A stretch of DNA of 62,045 bases from an uncultured Clostridia bacterium (GTDB lineage: Bacteria; Bacillota; Clostridia; Peptostreptococcales; Anaerovoracaceae). Of this stretch, positions 1 through 9,115 are shown in pieces (within the stretch, counting starts at the first letter, position 1; each line of letters starts with the position of its first letter). The DNA lies in assembly GCA_944386585.1 (NCBI GenBank), contig CALXBT010000083.1, positions 1-62,045 on the forward strand. Direction: 5' to 3'. The translations under genes and the position numbers were made by a program. A model generated the notes under the pieces. That model did not search any database. It had not been told where the DNA came from and saw only the letters and a list, made by a program, of their open reading frames with translations.

Positions 1-367
1 ACAAGACTTTACCAGCGCAGTAGAACCAAAAAATCATCGCTGCAATCATCAATCCTGCAGAAACTCCATACAAAAGAGCTTCCATTGTAATACGATTTTC
101 CCGAAAATAAAAGAGTACTGTTGCACCTCGATGCTGAAACAGTGCATTGACAAACATGCTTATCAGAACAATGGATGCCAAAATCCCTGTATTAGCTGCC
201 GCAGCTCTGCGGCCTGAAAGAAACGAAGCATAGAAAAACGCCCCCAAACCAGAAAAAAGCTGTAAGACAGGGTGCATAAATAACATTCCAAAAAGAACGA
301 CACTGCAAAAATAGAAAAAACTCACAGCCGGATGATAACGGCTAAGTACATCTTGTTTCAAATTCAC
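1..367 (-). CDS. ECF transporter transmembrane T component (CbiQ/EcfT family). Only the 5' part is present; the gene runs off the window start.
   Basis: Not in the ORF track because it is truncated. The minus-strand frame opens with GTG (367-365), 8 nt after an AAAGGAGA RBS. Translation VNLKQDVLSRYHPAVSFFYFCSVVLFGMLFMHPVLQLFSG... is hydrophobic and has a CbiQ/EcfT-like N-terminus. It lies directly downstream of a cobalamin riboswitch. Confidence 0.6.
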   Translation of the reverse strand, partial: MNLKQDVLSRYHPAVSFFYFCSVVLFGMLFMHPVLQLFSGLGAFFYASFLSGRRAAAANTGILASIVLISMFVNALFQHRGATVLFYFRENRITMEALLYGVSAGLMIAAMIFWFYCAGKVL

Positions 368-424
368 TTTGCATTCTCCTTTCTTTCTGCTATAAACTCT
401 GCCGGCTTTGGAAAATAAACAGCA

Positions 425-452
425 ATAAAAAAAACTGCGGCAAATGCCGCAG
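425..452 (-). terminator. Intrinsic terminator, probably the expression platform of the cobalamin riboswitch
   Basis: Minus strand reads CTGCGGCAtttGCCGCAG followed by TTTTTTTT. It lies between the riboswitch and the start codon at 367. Confidence 0.6.
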
Positions 453-564
453 CCCGTATTCGCTGATTTTTCATCCGTTTCAGATTTCCTGCCCCAAAAA
501 ATGCCTTGTCTGCCTTTAGGATTCTGCATTCTGCAGGCGTTTATAATCACCGATATCCCGTCGG

Positions 565-780
565 ATTATAAACTTCCGTAAAGTGCAGGTCTTCCGGCTC
601 GCGCATTATCACTTCTGCCGGTCTTCCCGGAACACGCTCTTATCGCTTCTTTGCGCGTTTTACCCCAGTGACCGCTGTCAAACAGCATCGGCATTCGCTT
701 TGCGCTTACGGCGGCGGGACCGCGCAGGTCTTTCACCTGCTTCCCTCTTAGCTTCGTCCGCCGCCGTTTCAAATACGCTT
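565..780 (-). promoter_or_regulatory. Cobalamin (B12) riboswitch
   Basis: The minus strand contains AGAGGGAAGCAGGTGAAAGACCTGCGCGGTCCCGCCGCCGTAAGC, then GGTCACTGGGG, then CCGGGAAGACCGG, then the B12 box GAGCCGGAAGACCTGC (plus-strand 585-600). These are the conserved AGGGAA / GGTGAAA / GCCACTG-like / B12-box elements in the expected order. It is a GC-rich island in AT-rich noncoding DNA. Confidence 0.85.
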
Positions 781-961
781 CTGCACAGCAACATTCCGGA
801 AACTTCACGGACAAAGAACACCTCACAGCTATAAAATTCTACATATTTATCTTATCAGTCTTTTTCTGTTCTCACAAGCCTAATAGGGTAAAATATCAAT
901 ATTTTTAAACCCTTTTTTCAAGAATTTACAGCTATGAACATTTGCATAGGATTTCTAATTT

Positions 962-1129
962 CTATTTCTGACGCTGCTGTTTTTCATTGCTGTGGCAAAT
1001 CCCCGCGCTCGGACAGCTGCTGCAGCCGCAGCCGCAGCCGCCTTTTCCGGATTTTTTATCCTTTACCATTTTTCCAATAATGAGCGCTACAACAGCAGCA
1101 ATCCCTATTCCTATAATAATATCAATCAT
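962..1129 (-). CDS. FeoB-associated Cys-rich small membrane protein (55 aa)
   Basis: Below the ORF-track size cutoff. Translation is MIDIIIGIGIAAVVALIIGKMVKDKKSGKGGCGCGCSSCPSAGICHSNEKQQRQK: one TM helix plus a CGCGCxxC tail. It lies immediately downstream of feoB, as in the FeoB-associated Cys-rich family. Confidence 0.7.
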   Translation of the reverse strand: MIDIIIGIGIAAVVALIIGKMVKDKKSGKGGCGCGCSSCPSAGICHSNEKQQRQK

Positions 1130-1281
1130 TTTTTATTCCAATTCCTGCAAGACTGCAGGGACATTCCTTTCTGTCCTCTTTACCGATACAGTTTTCTCAT
1201 CTTATATATGCCCATCCTCCACAGTTTCAACCAAAAGCGCCGGCATACAAAAGTACTCTTGCAATATTCTTCTTCTGGATT

Positions 1282-3459
1282 TTACTGCATATTTGCAGAG
1301 ATGCTGCTCTTTGAATTTATCATATTGAGTGTTTCGCCATTTTTCTGCGGACGCACAAGCAGAAAAATCATAATTACTGCCACAATCGCTGCCGCCGCCG
1401 TTCCAATTCCAAAGGCGCCGCCTGAAAACAATGTTGCAAACTGATAAATCATAAGTGCAACAGCATATGCAAAGATCGTCTGATACCCGACTGCAAATAT
1501 CGTCCATTTTGCACTGTTCATTTCTCTTTTGATTGCACCGATCGCCGCAAAGCAAGGTGCACAGAGAAGATTAAAAGCAAGGAGCGCATATGCGGCAGCC
1601 GGCGTCAAACTTGCGGCAAGATCTCCCCAAATTTCCGCTCCGTTTTCCGCTACTTCCGCATGGCCAAAGAGAATACCAAGCGTGCTTACAAGATTTTCCT
1701 TTGCGACAAGTCCCATAATTGTTGCCGATACATATTCCCATGAACCAAATCCAAGAGGAATAAAAATCCACGCAATTGCACCGCCAATCACCGCAAGAAG
1801 TCCGTCATTCATATCTTCTACCATGCCGAATCTGCCGTTTACCAATCCGAAATTGGACAGGAACCAAATTACAATTGATGAAAGAAGAATAATCGTTCCT
1901 GCCTTTTTGATAAAGGACCAGCCTCTTTCCCACATGCTTCTGAGCACGCTTCCAACGGTCGGAAGATGATAAGCCGGAAGCTCCATGACAAACGGCGTCG
2001 GATCACCGGCAAACATTTTTGTTTTCTTTAAAATAAGACCGGAAACGATAATAGAGGCTACGCCTAAAAAATAAGCGCTTGGTGCAACCCATCCTGCGCC
2101 GCCGAACAAAGCACCAGCGATAAGCGCGATAATCGGGAGCTTTGCACCGCAAGGTACAAAAGTTGTCGTCATAATCGTCATCCTTCTATCTCTGTCATTT
2201 TCGATAGTACGCGAAGCCATAATACCCGGAACTCCGCAGCCAGAACCTACCAGCATCGGAACAAACGATTTACCGGAAAGTCCGAACTTCCGAAAAATCC
2301 TATCCATAATAAACGCCACCCGCGCCATATAGCCGCAGCCTTCCAAAAACGCTAAGAAAATAAACAGAAGCAGAATCTGCGGTACAAAACCGAGCACTGC
2401 ACCGACACCTCCGATAATTCCATCCACAACCAGTCCCGTGAGGACCTCACTGGCACCGACAGTTTCCATCAGCTTTGCAGCGCCGCCTTGCAGCCATTCC
2501 GCCGCAAAGACATCATTGGTCCAATCTGTTAAAATCGTACCTACCGTTGTAACCGAAACATAGTATACGATAAACATAACGAGCGCAAAAATTGGAAGTG
2601 CGGCAAAACGATTTGTAACAATCCTATCAATTTTATCTGATATTGTCAGTTCGTTTTTGCGATTCTTCCGATAACAGTTTTCGATGATTTTTCCTATGTA
2701 CACATATCTCTCGTTGATGATAATGCTTTCCGAATCATCATCCATTGCATTTTCAGTCTCTGCAATGATATTCTCTGCTTTAGCGATAATCTTCTTCATT
2801 TCTCCTGCGCTCGGCAGCATTTCAGCAAGCTTCTCATCTCTTTCAAATATCTTAACCGCATAAAACCGTTTTTGTGTCTCCGGTACACTTCCTGCCAAAA
2901 GCTCTGAAATCTGCCCCAGTGCTGTTTCTACAGTTTCTTCAAACGCATAAGACGGATTTTCTTTTTTGCCCGTTTTCGCCAGCAGAACGGCAGCTTCCGA
3001 TGCCTCCTGAATGCCGGTCCCCTTTAAAGCCGAAATCGTATAAACCGGACAGCCAAGATCTGCTTCCAATTTATTTTTGTCTATTTCATCCCCTCTTTTT
3101 GCTACAACATCCATCATATTGACCGCAATCAGCACCGGAATTCCCAGTTCAAGAAGCTGTGTTGTGAGATAAAGATTTCTTTCTAAATTCGTTCCGTCTA
3201 CAATATTGAGAATCGCATCCGGTTTTTCTTCTAAAAGATATTTTCTCGCTATCACCTCTTCCGGTGTGTACGGAGAAAGCGAATAAATTCCGGGCAGATC
3301 TGTAATAATAACTTCTTTCGTGCCCTTCAGCTTTCCTTCTTTCTTTTCTACTGTTACGCCCGGCCAGTTGCCGACAAACTGATTGGCTCCCGTCAGCGCG
3401 TTAAACAATGTTGTCTTGCCGCTGTTGGGATTTCCGGCAAGTGCTATCTTAATCGACAT
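1282..3459 (-). CDS. feoB: Ferrous iron transport protein B
   Basis: 725 aa. N-terminal G-domain GNPNSGKTTLFNALTG ... DLPGIYSL, followed by a polytopic membrane domain. RBS is GAAGGAGAAG. Confidence 0.97.
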   Translation of the reverse strand: MSIKIALAGNPNSGKTTLFNALTGANQFVGNWPGVTVEKKEGKLKGTKEVIITDLPGIYSLSPYTPEEVIARKYLLEEKPDAILNIVDGTNLERNLYLTTQLLELGIPVLIAVNMMDVVAKRGDEIDKNKLEADLGCPVYTISALKGTGIQEASEAAVLLAKTGKKENPSYAFEETVETALGQISELLAGSVPETQKRFYAVKIFERDEKLAEMLPSAGEMKKIIAKAENIIAETENAMDDDSESIIINERYVYIGKIIENCYRKNRKNELTISDKIDRIVTNRFAALPIFALVMFIVYYVSVTTVGTILTDWTNDVFAAEWLQGGAAKLMETVGASEVLTGLVVDGIIGGVGAVLGFVPQILLLFIFLAFLEGCGYMARVAFIMDRIFRKFGLSGKSFVPMLVGSGCGVPGIMASRTIENDRDRRMTIMTTTFVPCGAKLPIIALIAGALFGGAGWVAPSAYFLGVASIIVSGLILKKTKMFAGDPTPFVMELPAYHLPTVGSVLRSMWERGWSFIKKAGTIILLSSIVIWFLSNFGLVNGRFGMVEDMNDGLLAVIGGAIAWIFIPLGFGSWEYVSATIMGLVAKENLVSTLGILFGHAEVAENGAEIWGDLAASLTPAAAYALLAFNLLCAPCFAAIGAIKREMNSAKWTIFAVGYQTIFAYAVALMIYQFATLFSGGAFGIGTAAAAIVAVIMIFLLVRPQKNGETLNMINSKSSISANMQ

Positions 3460-3513
3460 GTTTTTCTTCTCCTTCTTTAAAATCTATCTGCCTTTTAGTG
3501 TGATATTTTTTAT

Positions 3514-3529
3514 GTTAGCCATTGCTAAC
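3514..3529. promoter_or_regulatory. Perfect palindrome GTTAGC-N4-GCTAAC in the feoA-feoB spacer (candidate operator, copy 1 of 3)
   Basis: Sequence is gttagccattgctaac. On the minus strand its end overlaps a TAACAT -10-like hexamer. Confidence 0.4.
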
Positions 3530-3579
3530 CGTTTGTCTTAAAAAATGCAGAGAGCCTCCTCTCTACAAAAATTTTATCC

Positions 3580-3828
3580 TTATATCGCTTCCACTTCTAT
3601 CAGCTCTGCCTCAGACTTACGAATAGAAAGTTCGCAGCCTCTTACAGTAAGCTCAATAGGGTCCCCCAGCGGTGCTACTTTTCTTACATTTATTGTCACA
3701 CCTTTTGTAATGCCCATATCCATGATACGGCGTTTCGTGGCTCCGCCGCCCTGCAGCTTTACGACTTTTGCTGAAGTGCCGCTTTTTATGTCCCGAAGCG
3801 TCAATTTTTCCTTCGCACCTATATTCAT
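3580..3828 (-). CDS. feoA: FeoA-domain protein
   Basis: 82 aa with an SH3-like FeoA pattern (LRDIKSG.SAKVVKL.GGG...RRIMDMGITKG..I.V....LGDPIEL). RBS is GGAGAAAGGA. Confidence 0.9.
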   Translation of the reverse strand: MNIGAKEKLTLRDIKSGTSAKVVKLQGGGATKRRIMDMGITKGVTINVRKVAPLGDPIELTVRGCELSIRKSEAELIEVEAI

Positions 3829-3906
3829 TCCGTTCTTTCCTTTCTCCTATAATAAAATAATTTCTTAAATGCAGAATTCCCTGCCTGCGCCGTATGACGC
3901 ATATTT

Positions 3907-4119
3907 TTATACCATAATTTTATTTGCCATTTCCTTGCTGATTGCTATGCGAGAGTCCTTCACATTGACGATTACATTGCCGTTCATCTCGGAAATAACA
4001 CTGACCGTACTGCCGACAACAAACCCGAGATTTTCAAGAAACCGTTTTACCTCCTGCTTGCCGCCGACTTTTTTAATACTGTTTAATTCTCCTCTTTTGG
4101 CCATTGTTAAAGGCATCAT
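3907..4119 (-). CDS. feoA: FeoA-domain protein (second paralog)
   Basis: The track ORF starts at 4158, but GGGTGGTGAG sits just before the ATGATG at 4119/4116. Translation is MMPLTMAKRGELNSIKKVGGKQEVKRFLENLGFVVGSTVSVISEMNGNVIVNVKDSRIAIS. Confidence 0.85.
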   Translation of the reverse strand: MMPLTMAKRGELNSIKKVGGKQEVKRFLENLGFVVGSTVSVISEMNGNVIVNVKDSRIAISKEMANKIMV

Positions 4120-4182
4120 TCTCACCACCCTTTCAGCCGCTTTCACATCTCTAAACAATAGAGATGCAGTAACTATAAATTC

Positions 4183-4237
4183 GTTACCTATAGCTAACTA
4201 CAGACTATATGTTACCTTACGCTAACTCATTTGTCAA
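4183..4237 (-). promoter_or_regulatory. feo operon promoter with two copies of the GTTA(G/C)C-N4-GCTAAC palindrome
   Basis: Minus strand reads TTGACA-aatgaGTTAGCGTAAGGTAACAT: -35 TTGACA, 17-nt spacer, -10 TAACAT. Operator copy 4211-4226 fills the spacer and -10. Copy 4183-4198 (gttacctatagctaac) lies just downstream of the predicted start site. Confidence 0.5.
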
Positions 4238-5634
4238 CTATTTTTTTCTTTTTTCCATCTTATTTTATGATGCGGGGAATTGTGAAGCGTTCCTGTATCA
4301 TTCATCCGGTTAAAAAATACTGCCACCAGCATAGAAACCGTATCAATGACAGGCGGCACCCACATCAAACCATAAAGCGGAGAAATCTCATCAAACAAAA
4401 AAGAAAGCGGAATATCAAGCATCCCTTTTCTGAGAATGGAACAGACAATCGCTGCTTTAGCTTCTCCCAATGCCTGAAACTGCGTAATCATCGGATAGCA
4501 AATCGCCATCATCGGCATTGCTACTACCATCCTCCGCAAAAAACTTGCTGCATAGCGAATTGTCAGCGGATCCTCTATAAAGAACGCTGCTAACTGCGGC
4601 GCGAAAATTTCGTAGCAAATCAGACATATTACTGAAAATCCAAAAGAAATCTTACATCCAAGCTGAAATGCCTGTTTTCTGCGTTCAGAGTTGCCGGAAG
4701 CGTAATTATATGCTAAAAACGGTAAAAGTCCGCTGGCAACACCCATTGAAAAATAAATCGGCAGCTGATCCAATTTCTTTACGATTCCCAAGCCTGCGAC
4801 GGCTTCCACCGTATACGCCGAGACAAATCTGGACTGGGCAGCAACCGCAACGACTGTCAACGCCAGCTGCACCGCCGACGGAAAACCAATCGACAGAATG
4901 CTTTTTATATATTGGGAAAAATACCGCAGATTTTTAAGAGAAAGATTTATTACTGTCGTTTTTCTTTTTGTGATAAGGTAGCTGAGAAAATACAGAAGTG
5001 CTATCGCATTTGAAAGCGCTGTTGCAATTCCTGCTCCGCCCGCGCCAAGTGCAAGATACTGCGGGAGAATAAAAAACGGATCTAATAAAATATTCAGCAC
5101 GCCTCCCAGAGAGACACCGATAGAGGCATGCATTGCATCGCCCTCCGCTCGAATCAGATTTGCCAGCAGCGCATTTAAAATCGCAAACGGACCGCCGATT
5201 ACAATCACCCATTTTGTATAATCCAGTGCGATTTCAAGCGTATGTTCCGTCGCACCGCAGAGAAGTAAAAGCGGCTCTTCAAAAAACAAATAAAGCAGAG
5301 AATACAAAACGCTTAATACAAGCCCGCTCCAGAAAGCAACGGCAGAAATTCGCGAAGCTGCTTCCTCATTATTTTTTCCGAGCATACGGGCAATTGCACT
5401 AGCACCGCCAACGCCAAACAAATTAGAAATAGCTGACAGCATTAAAAACGAAGAAAAAGATACTGTAATCGCAGCGGTTTCCGCCGGAATGTTCAGCATA
5501 CCAACAAAATAAGTATCCGCTAAATTGTAAATCAGTGTAATCATCTGACTGGCAACTGCCGGAACAATCTGTTTTAAAACCGCTTTTCTAATCGGCATTA
5601 TTCCAAATATCACTGAAGTCTGATCCTGCAGCAT
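4234..5634 (-). CDS. MATE family efflux transporter
   Basis: 466 aa with about 12 TM segments. MATE-like N-terminus ...LKQIVPAVASQMITLIYNLADTYFVGML. RBS is AAAGGAGAAA. Confidence 0.88.
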   Translation of the reverse strand: MLQDQTSVIFGIMPIRKAVLKQIVPAVASQMITLIYNLADTYFVGMLNIPAETAAITVSFSSFLMLSAISNLFGVGGASAIARMLGKNNEEAASRISAVAFWSGLVLSVLYSLLYLFFEEPLLLLCGATEHTLEIALDYTKWVIVIGGPFAILNALLANLIRAEGDAMHASIGVSLGGVLNILLDPFFILPQYLALGAGGAGIATALSNAIALLYFLSYLITKRKTTVINLSLKNLRYFSQYIKSILSIGFPSAVQLALTVVAVAAQSRFVSAYTVEAVAGLGIVKKLDQLPIYFSMGVASGLLPFLAYNYASGNSERRKQAFQLGCKISFGFSVICLICYEIFAPQLAAFFIEDPLTIRYAASFLRRMVVAMPMMAICYPMITQFQALGEAKAAIVCSILRKGMLDIPLSFLFDEISPLYGLMWVPPVIDTVSMLVAVFFNRMNDTGTLHNSPHHKIRWKKEKNS

Positions 5635-5918
5635 GCCTGTTTTTCTCCTTTATCGTCTATTTGCAATAAACATTTTTCTACAATTCTGTAATCTATGCCG
5701 CTTTGTATTGCCATACAAAATCTTTTCCCTATTATAATAATGTTCCGGGAAAACTTTTTGTCAAGTATTTCAGAGAAAAATTCACTCATTTCGTTAATTT
5801 TGTAATTTTCTGTATCTTTTTATCTTTTTTACTGAATAGCATTGGCAGCTGTCTGAAATCATAATATAATTGATTTAATAATGAGAATAAGTAAAGTTTT
5901 TTAACGGAGGGCCTTAAC

Positions 5919-6539
5919 ATGAGAATCATCACTGTAAGCCGCGAATTTGGAAGCGGCGGCCGCGAGCTCGGCAAAAGACTAGCTGACGCACTCAATATTT
6001 CCTATTATGACCGCGAAATTATTACCGCAGTTGCAGAGAGAACAAATTTAGATGAAAAGTATGTAGAAATTGCTTTGGACCAATCTGTTTTAAGTCAAAT
6101 CCCTATCAGCTATTCGCGCACTTTTTCATTGCTTCCAGACTTAGTAAACAGCCCTGCTGCATTGCTTGCACAGCAGCATAAGGCAATCGAAGAGCTGGCA
6201 GCACGAGGCGACTGCGTAATTGTTGGAAGAAACGCAGAAACTATTCTTAAAGATTTTCATCCGCTAAAATTATTTGTTTATGCGGACAAGGAATCAAAAA
6301 TCGAGCGCTGTTTGCAGCGTGAAACAAAAAAAGAAAGCCTTTCTGTGCACGAAATCGAAAAGATGATGAAGCAGATCGACAAAGCCAGAGCAACAAACCA
6401 TGATATTCTTTCAAGCTTTGCATGGGGTGATAAACGAGAATATCATTTATGTATCAATACTTCAGGAATCGAAATCAAAACGCTGATTCCGTCTATTGCT
6501 TCCTATGCAGAAAATTGGTTTGTACAGATGCAGAAATAA
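5919..6539 (+). CDS. Cytidylate kinase-like family protein (AAA/P-loop-like)
   Basis: The N-terminus MRIITVSREFGSGGRELGKRLADALNISYYDREII is typical of the cytidylate-kinase-like family. RBS is ACGGAGGG. Confidence 0.75.
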   Translation: MRIITVSREFGSGGRELGKRLADALNISYYDREIITAVAERTNLDEKYVEIALDQSVLSQIPISYSRTFSLLPDLVNSPAALLAQQHKAIEELAARGDCVIVGRNAETILKDFHPLKLFVYADKESKIERCLQRETKKESLSVHEIEKMMKQIDKARATNHDILSSFAWGDKREYHLCINTSGIEIKTLIPSIASYAENWFVQMQK

Positions 6540-6540
6540 A

Positions 6541-6575
6541 AAAATGCGGAAGCGATAAAACGCTTCCGCATTTAA
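6541..6575. terminator. Bidirectional intrinsic terminator
   Basis: aaaaTGCGGAAGCGataaaaCGCTTCCGCAttt, between convergent genes. Confidence 0.75.
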
Positions 6576-6604
6576 ATTCTTTTTTCTTTTGATATAAGGC
6601 AGTG

Positions 6605-8125
6605 CTACAAACGGTGCATGAGGTTTTTTGTCGTCTCATACAGCTCATTGAACATAGCATGATATTTCTTGTAAATCTCATGATTCTTCTTATTCGGTTT
6701 ATAGGAAACGCCTTCCGTAATATAATTTCTGATATCAGAAAATTTCTCAATGTGACCGACAGCAATCGCTGCCATCAGCGCGTCTCCGTACGCCGCACCA
6801 ATTGTTACATTTGCTGTATGTATTTCCTCACCCGTAATATCTGCAATTATCTGCATCCAAATCGGATTTTTTGTACCGCCGCCGGCCGCAAAAATTCTCT
6901 TTGGTGCCGCGTCGTTCTCACGAAAAATCGCCAGATGATCAGCGATACTGTAACCGATTGCCTCGAGCGCAGAATGATAGAGATGTGCGCGTGTATGCTG
7001 CATGCTAAGTCCAAAAATAACACCCTTTGCCTTTGGATCGTTTACCGGTGTCCGTTCACCAGCAATATAAGGCAGCGTAATCAGTCCGTCAGAACCGGGC
7101 GGGATCGTCTCAAGGTCTCTCATCATTGTTTCATAAGCATCCGGTCCGCCTTCTTTTTCAAGCGCCAGCGCGTCAAAGAAAAGATGATCCCTGTACCAGC
7201 GGGTCAGCGTACCGGCCGCATTCGTGCCGCCCTGCACACTGTTTGTTTTCGGAATTAAAAATCCGCCGCTCCAAATTCGTCTGTCATGCGCAAGATGATC
7301 TGCAATTCCAATAAAATAGAGAGTGGAACCAATCTGAATCATTAAATCCCCTACTTCAAGGATCCCTGTTGAGATCGCCTCTGCACCGGAATCATCCGCA
7401 CCGGTAATCACAGGCGTTCCCTCCAGAAGCCCTGTCTGTGCAGCTGCCTTTGCCGTCACTGTGCCTACGATATCCGTATTGTCATGCAGCTCTGCAAGCT
7501 GCTCCGGACGGCAGAAATCACGGCAGTATTTTTCACTGACCGTGCCGGCATCCGGATCATAAAGCGGTGTAAATCCGCCGTAGCCAAGAAACCGGTCAAT
7601 TACATACCGATCCGTCAGCTTCGCCGTCATAAAAGATGATCCTGTAAGGAACTTATGCGCTTTTTCATAAACTTCCGGCAGATTATTTTTAATCCAAAGT
7701 ATTTTCGGCGGTACATCGTTAGCACACAGCGGCCGGCCATTAAACTGAATCACTTCGTCCTCACCGTATTTCTCATACATGTATTCAATCTCTTTTTCAG
7801 CTCTTGCATCAATACCATAAGGAATTGCTTTCATCAGCGGCATGCAGTTTTCATCAACCGCCACAAGTCCGGCGCCCATTGTGCTAACTCCCACACAGGC
7901 AATTTCAGCGTTGGAAATTCCCGTTTCTGCAAGAAGTGCTTTCGATATTTTACAGAAATCTCCCCACCAGATCGTCTCTGCATCCATTTCAAAATGATTC
8001 GGTTTCGGATTCTCCATCGTATGCTTTTCTGCATGCGTCGCTATGACTGCACAGTTTTCATCCATAAGCAAGCCCTTGCTTTCAAAAGTACCGATATCAA
8101 CACCAAGAAAATATTTCTTTTTCAT
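6605..8125 (-). CDS. FGGY-family carbohydrate kinase (xylulokinase/glycerol-kinase-like)
   Basis: 506 aa. N-terminal YFLGVDIGT.ESKG, central and C-terminal FGGY pattern (GGGTKNPIWMQIIADITG). Confidence 0.9.
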   Translation of the reverse strand: MKKKYFLGVDIGTFESKGLLMDENCAVIATHAEKHTMENPKPNHFEMDAETIWWGDFCKISKALLAETGISNAEIACVGVSTMGAGLVAVDENCMPLMKAIPYGIDARAEKEIEYMYEKYGEDEVIQFNGRPLCANDVPPKILWIKNNLPEVYEKAHKFLTGSSFMTAKLTDRYVIDRFLGYGGFTPLYDPDAGTVSEKYCRDFCRPEQLAELHDNTDIVGTVTAKAAAQTGLLEGTPVITGADDSGAEAISTGILEVGDLMIQIGSTLYFIGIADHLAHDRRIWSGGFLIPKTNSVQGGTNAAGTLTRWYRDHLFFDALALEKEGGPDAYETMMRDLETIPPGSDGLITLPYIAGERTPVNDPKAKGVIFGLSMQHTRAHLYHSALEAIGYSIADHLAIFRENDAAPKRIFAAGGGTKNPIWMQIIADITGEEIHTANVTIGAAYGDALMAAIAVGHIEKFSDIRNYITEGVSYKPNKKNHEIYKKYHAMFNELYETTKNLMHRL

Positions 8126-8235
8126 TTTTTAATTTCCTTTCTCAAAAAGCTTTCTGTATCCGCGCTTTTGCAGAACTATTCGGTTTCCCGCACTGTCCCG
8201 CTGCTGTAATAAAACAGCGCATTCTCTGTCCTTTA

Positions 8236-9045
8236 TTATACAGTTCGTACACTACGCACAATTTCCATAAATTCCTTTACACGGACTGGGTCAACAGAAT
8301 TTTCAAACTTCCCGTCATATTTGAAGCTCGTTCCTACAAAGGCGCCGTCGCAGTAAACCAGCTTTTCTGCAATATTTTCGGCCTTGCAGCCAGTATTTGC
8401 ATAGACCGGCACTTCTGGCACTGCCATTTTAATCATCTCAATTAAAGCACTGTCAACACCATGCCCTGCCTGAATTCCTGATACGCACATTGCATCCGGA
8501 TGGCACTTAAACTGTACTGCCTTTGCAATTGTTCCGATATCACGCCCGGAAAGATCCCCGTCAGATTCAGCATTGATCATGTAAAACATCAGCAAATCGT
8601 CAAGTTCCAGCGCCTTTTTGCGCCGTGCCATCTCTGCTGCATTTCTATTGCGAATTCCGATCTCACTAACATAAGCACCGGTAAATACGCTCCTGACAAA
8701 CTGTGCCTCAACAGCAGCCGCAAGTTCAATTGTCGCATCTGAATCGCTGATAACATGAACGCCAAACGGCGTCTTAATCTCGCTTCTAAGCTGCCCGATA
8801 AGATAGGCCATCGCACTTGGTGTAACGGCGTCTACATGATCGAGATACGGCAAGCTGAACTCGTTGGAAATAAGAATTCCGTCCACGCCGCCCTCCTGCA
8901 GTGCCGCAAGATCCTTTCTCGCCTCTTTCAGCACATCATCCATTTTACCGCCGTGCGGGTACATCGGATCGCCTGGCAGCGCCCGCAGATGCAAAAGCGC
9001 AATGATTGGTTTTTCCGTACCGAATACTTCTTTAATCGTTCTCAT
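8236..9045 (-). CDS. BtpA/SgcQ family TIM-barrel protein
   Basis: 269 aa. The N-terminus F...KPIIALLHLRALPGDP and overall pattern resemble BtpA/SgcQ. Confidence 0.75.
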   Translation of the reverse strand: MRTIKEVFGTEKPIIALLHLRALPGDPMYPHGGKMDDVLKEARKDLAALQEGGVDGILISNEFSLPYLDHVDAVTPSAMAYLIGQLRSEIKTPFGVHVISDSDATIELAAAVEAQFVRSVFTGAYVSEIGIRNRNAAEMARRKKALELDDLLMFYMINAESDGDLSGRDIGTIAKAVQFKCHPDAMCVSGIQAGHGVDSALIEMIKMAVPEVPVYANTGCKAENIAEKLVYCDGAFVGTSFKYDGKFENSVDPVRVKEFMEIVRSVRTV

Positions 9046-9115
9046 ATAATTTTTCCTCCTGTCTTTCCGTCTTTATCGGATTTGCGGCCGTTCTATTAAA
9101 AAATCAAATTATCCT

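Noticed and set aside
566-834. Two overlapping track ORFs (86 aa on the minus strand, 83 aa on the plus strand) in a GC-rich block
   Set aside because: The block carries all the conserved elements of a cobalamin riboswitch on the minus strand. The translations are Arg/Cys/Ser-rich nonsense and there is no RBS.
987-1555. Track ORFs 987..1328 (+), 992..1444 (+) and 1202..1555 (-)
   Set aside because: They are antisense or out of frame to the FeoB 3' end and to the 55-aa Cys-rich ORF. The poly-Ala and low-complexity translations come from the GCNGCN repeat, which encodes CGCGC on the other strand.
6602-7258. 218-aa plus-strand ORF opposite the FGGY kinase gene
   Set aside because: It is a shadow frame of a well-supported kinase gene. 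The translation is Cys/Arg/Phe-rich with no motif.
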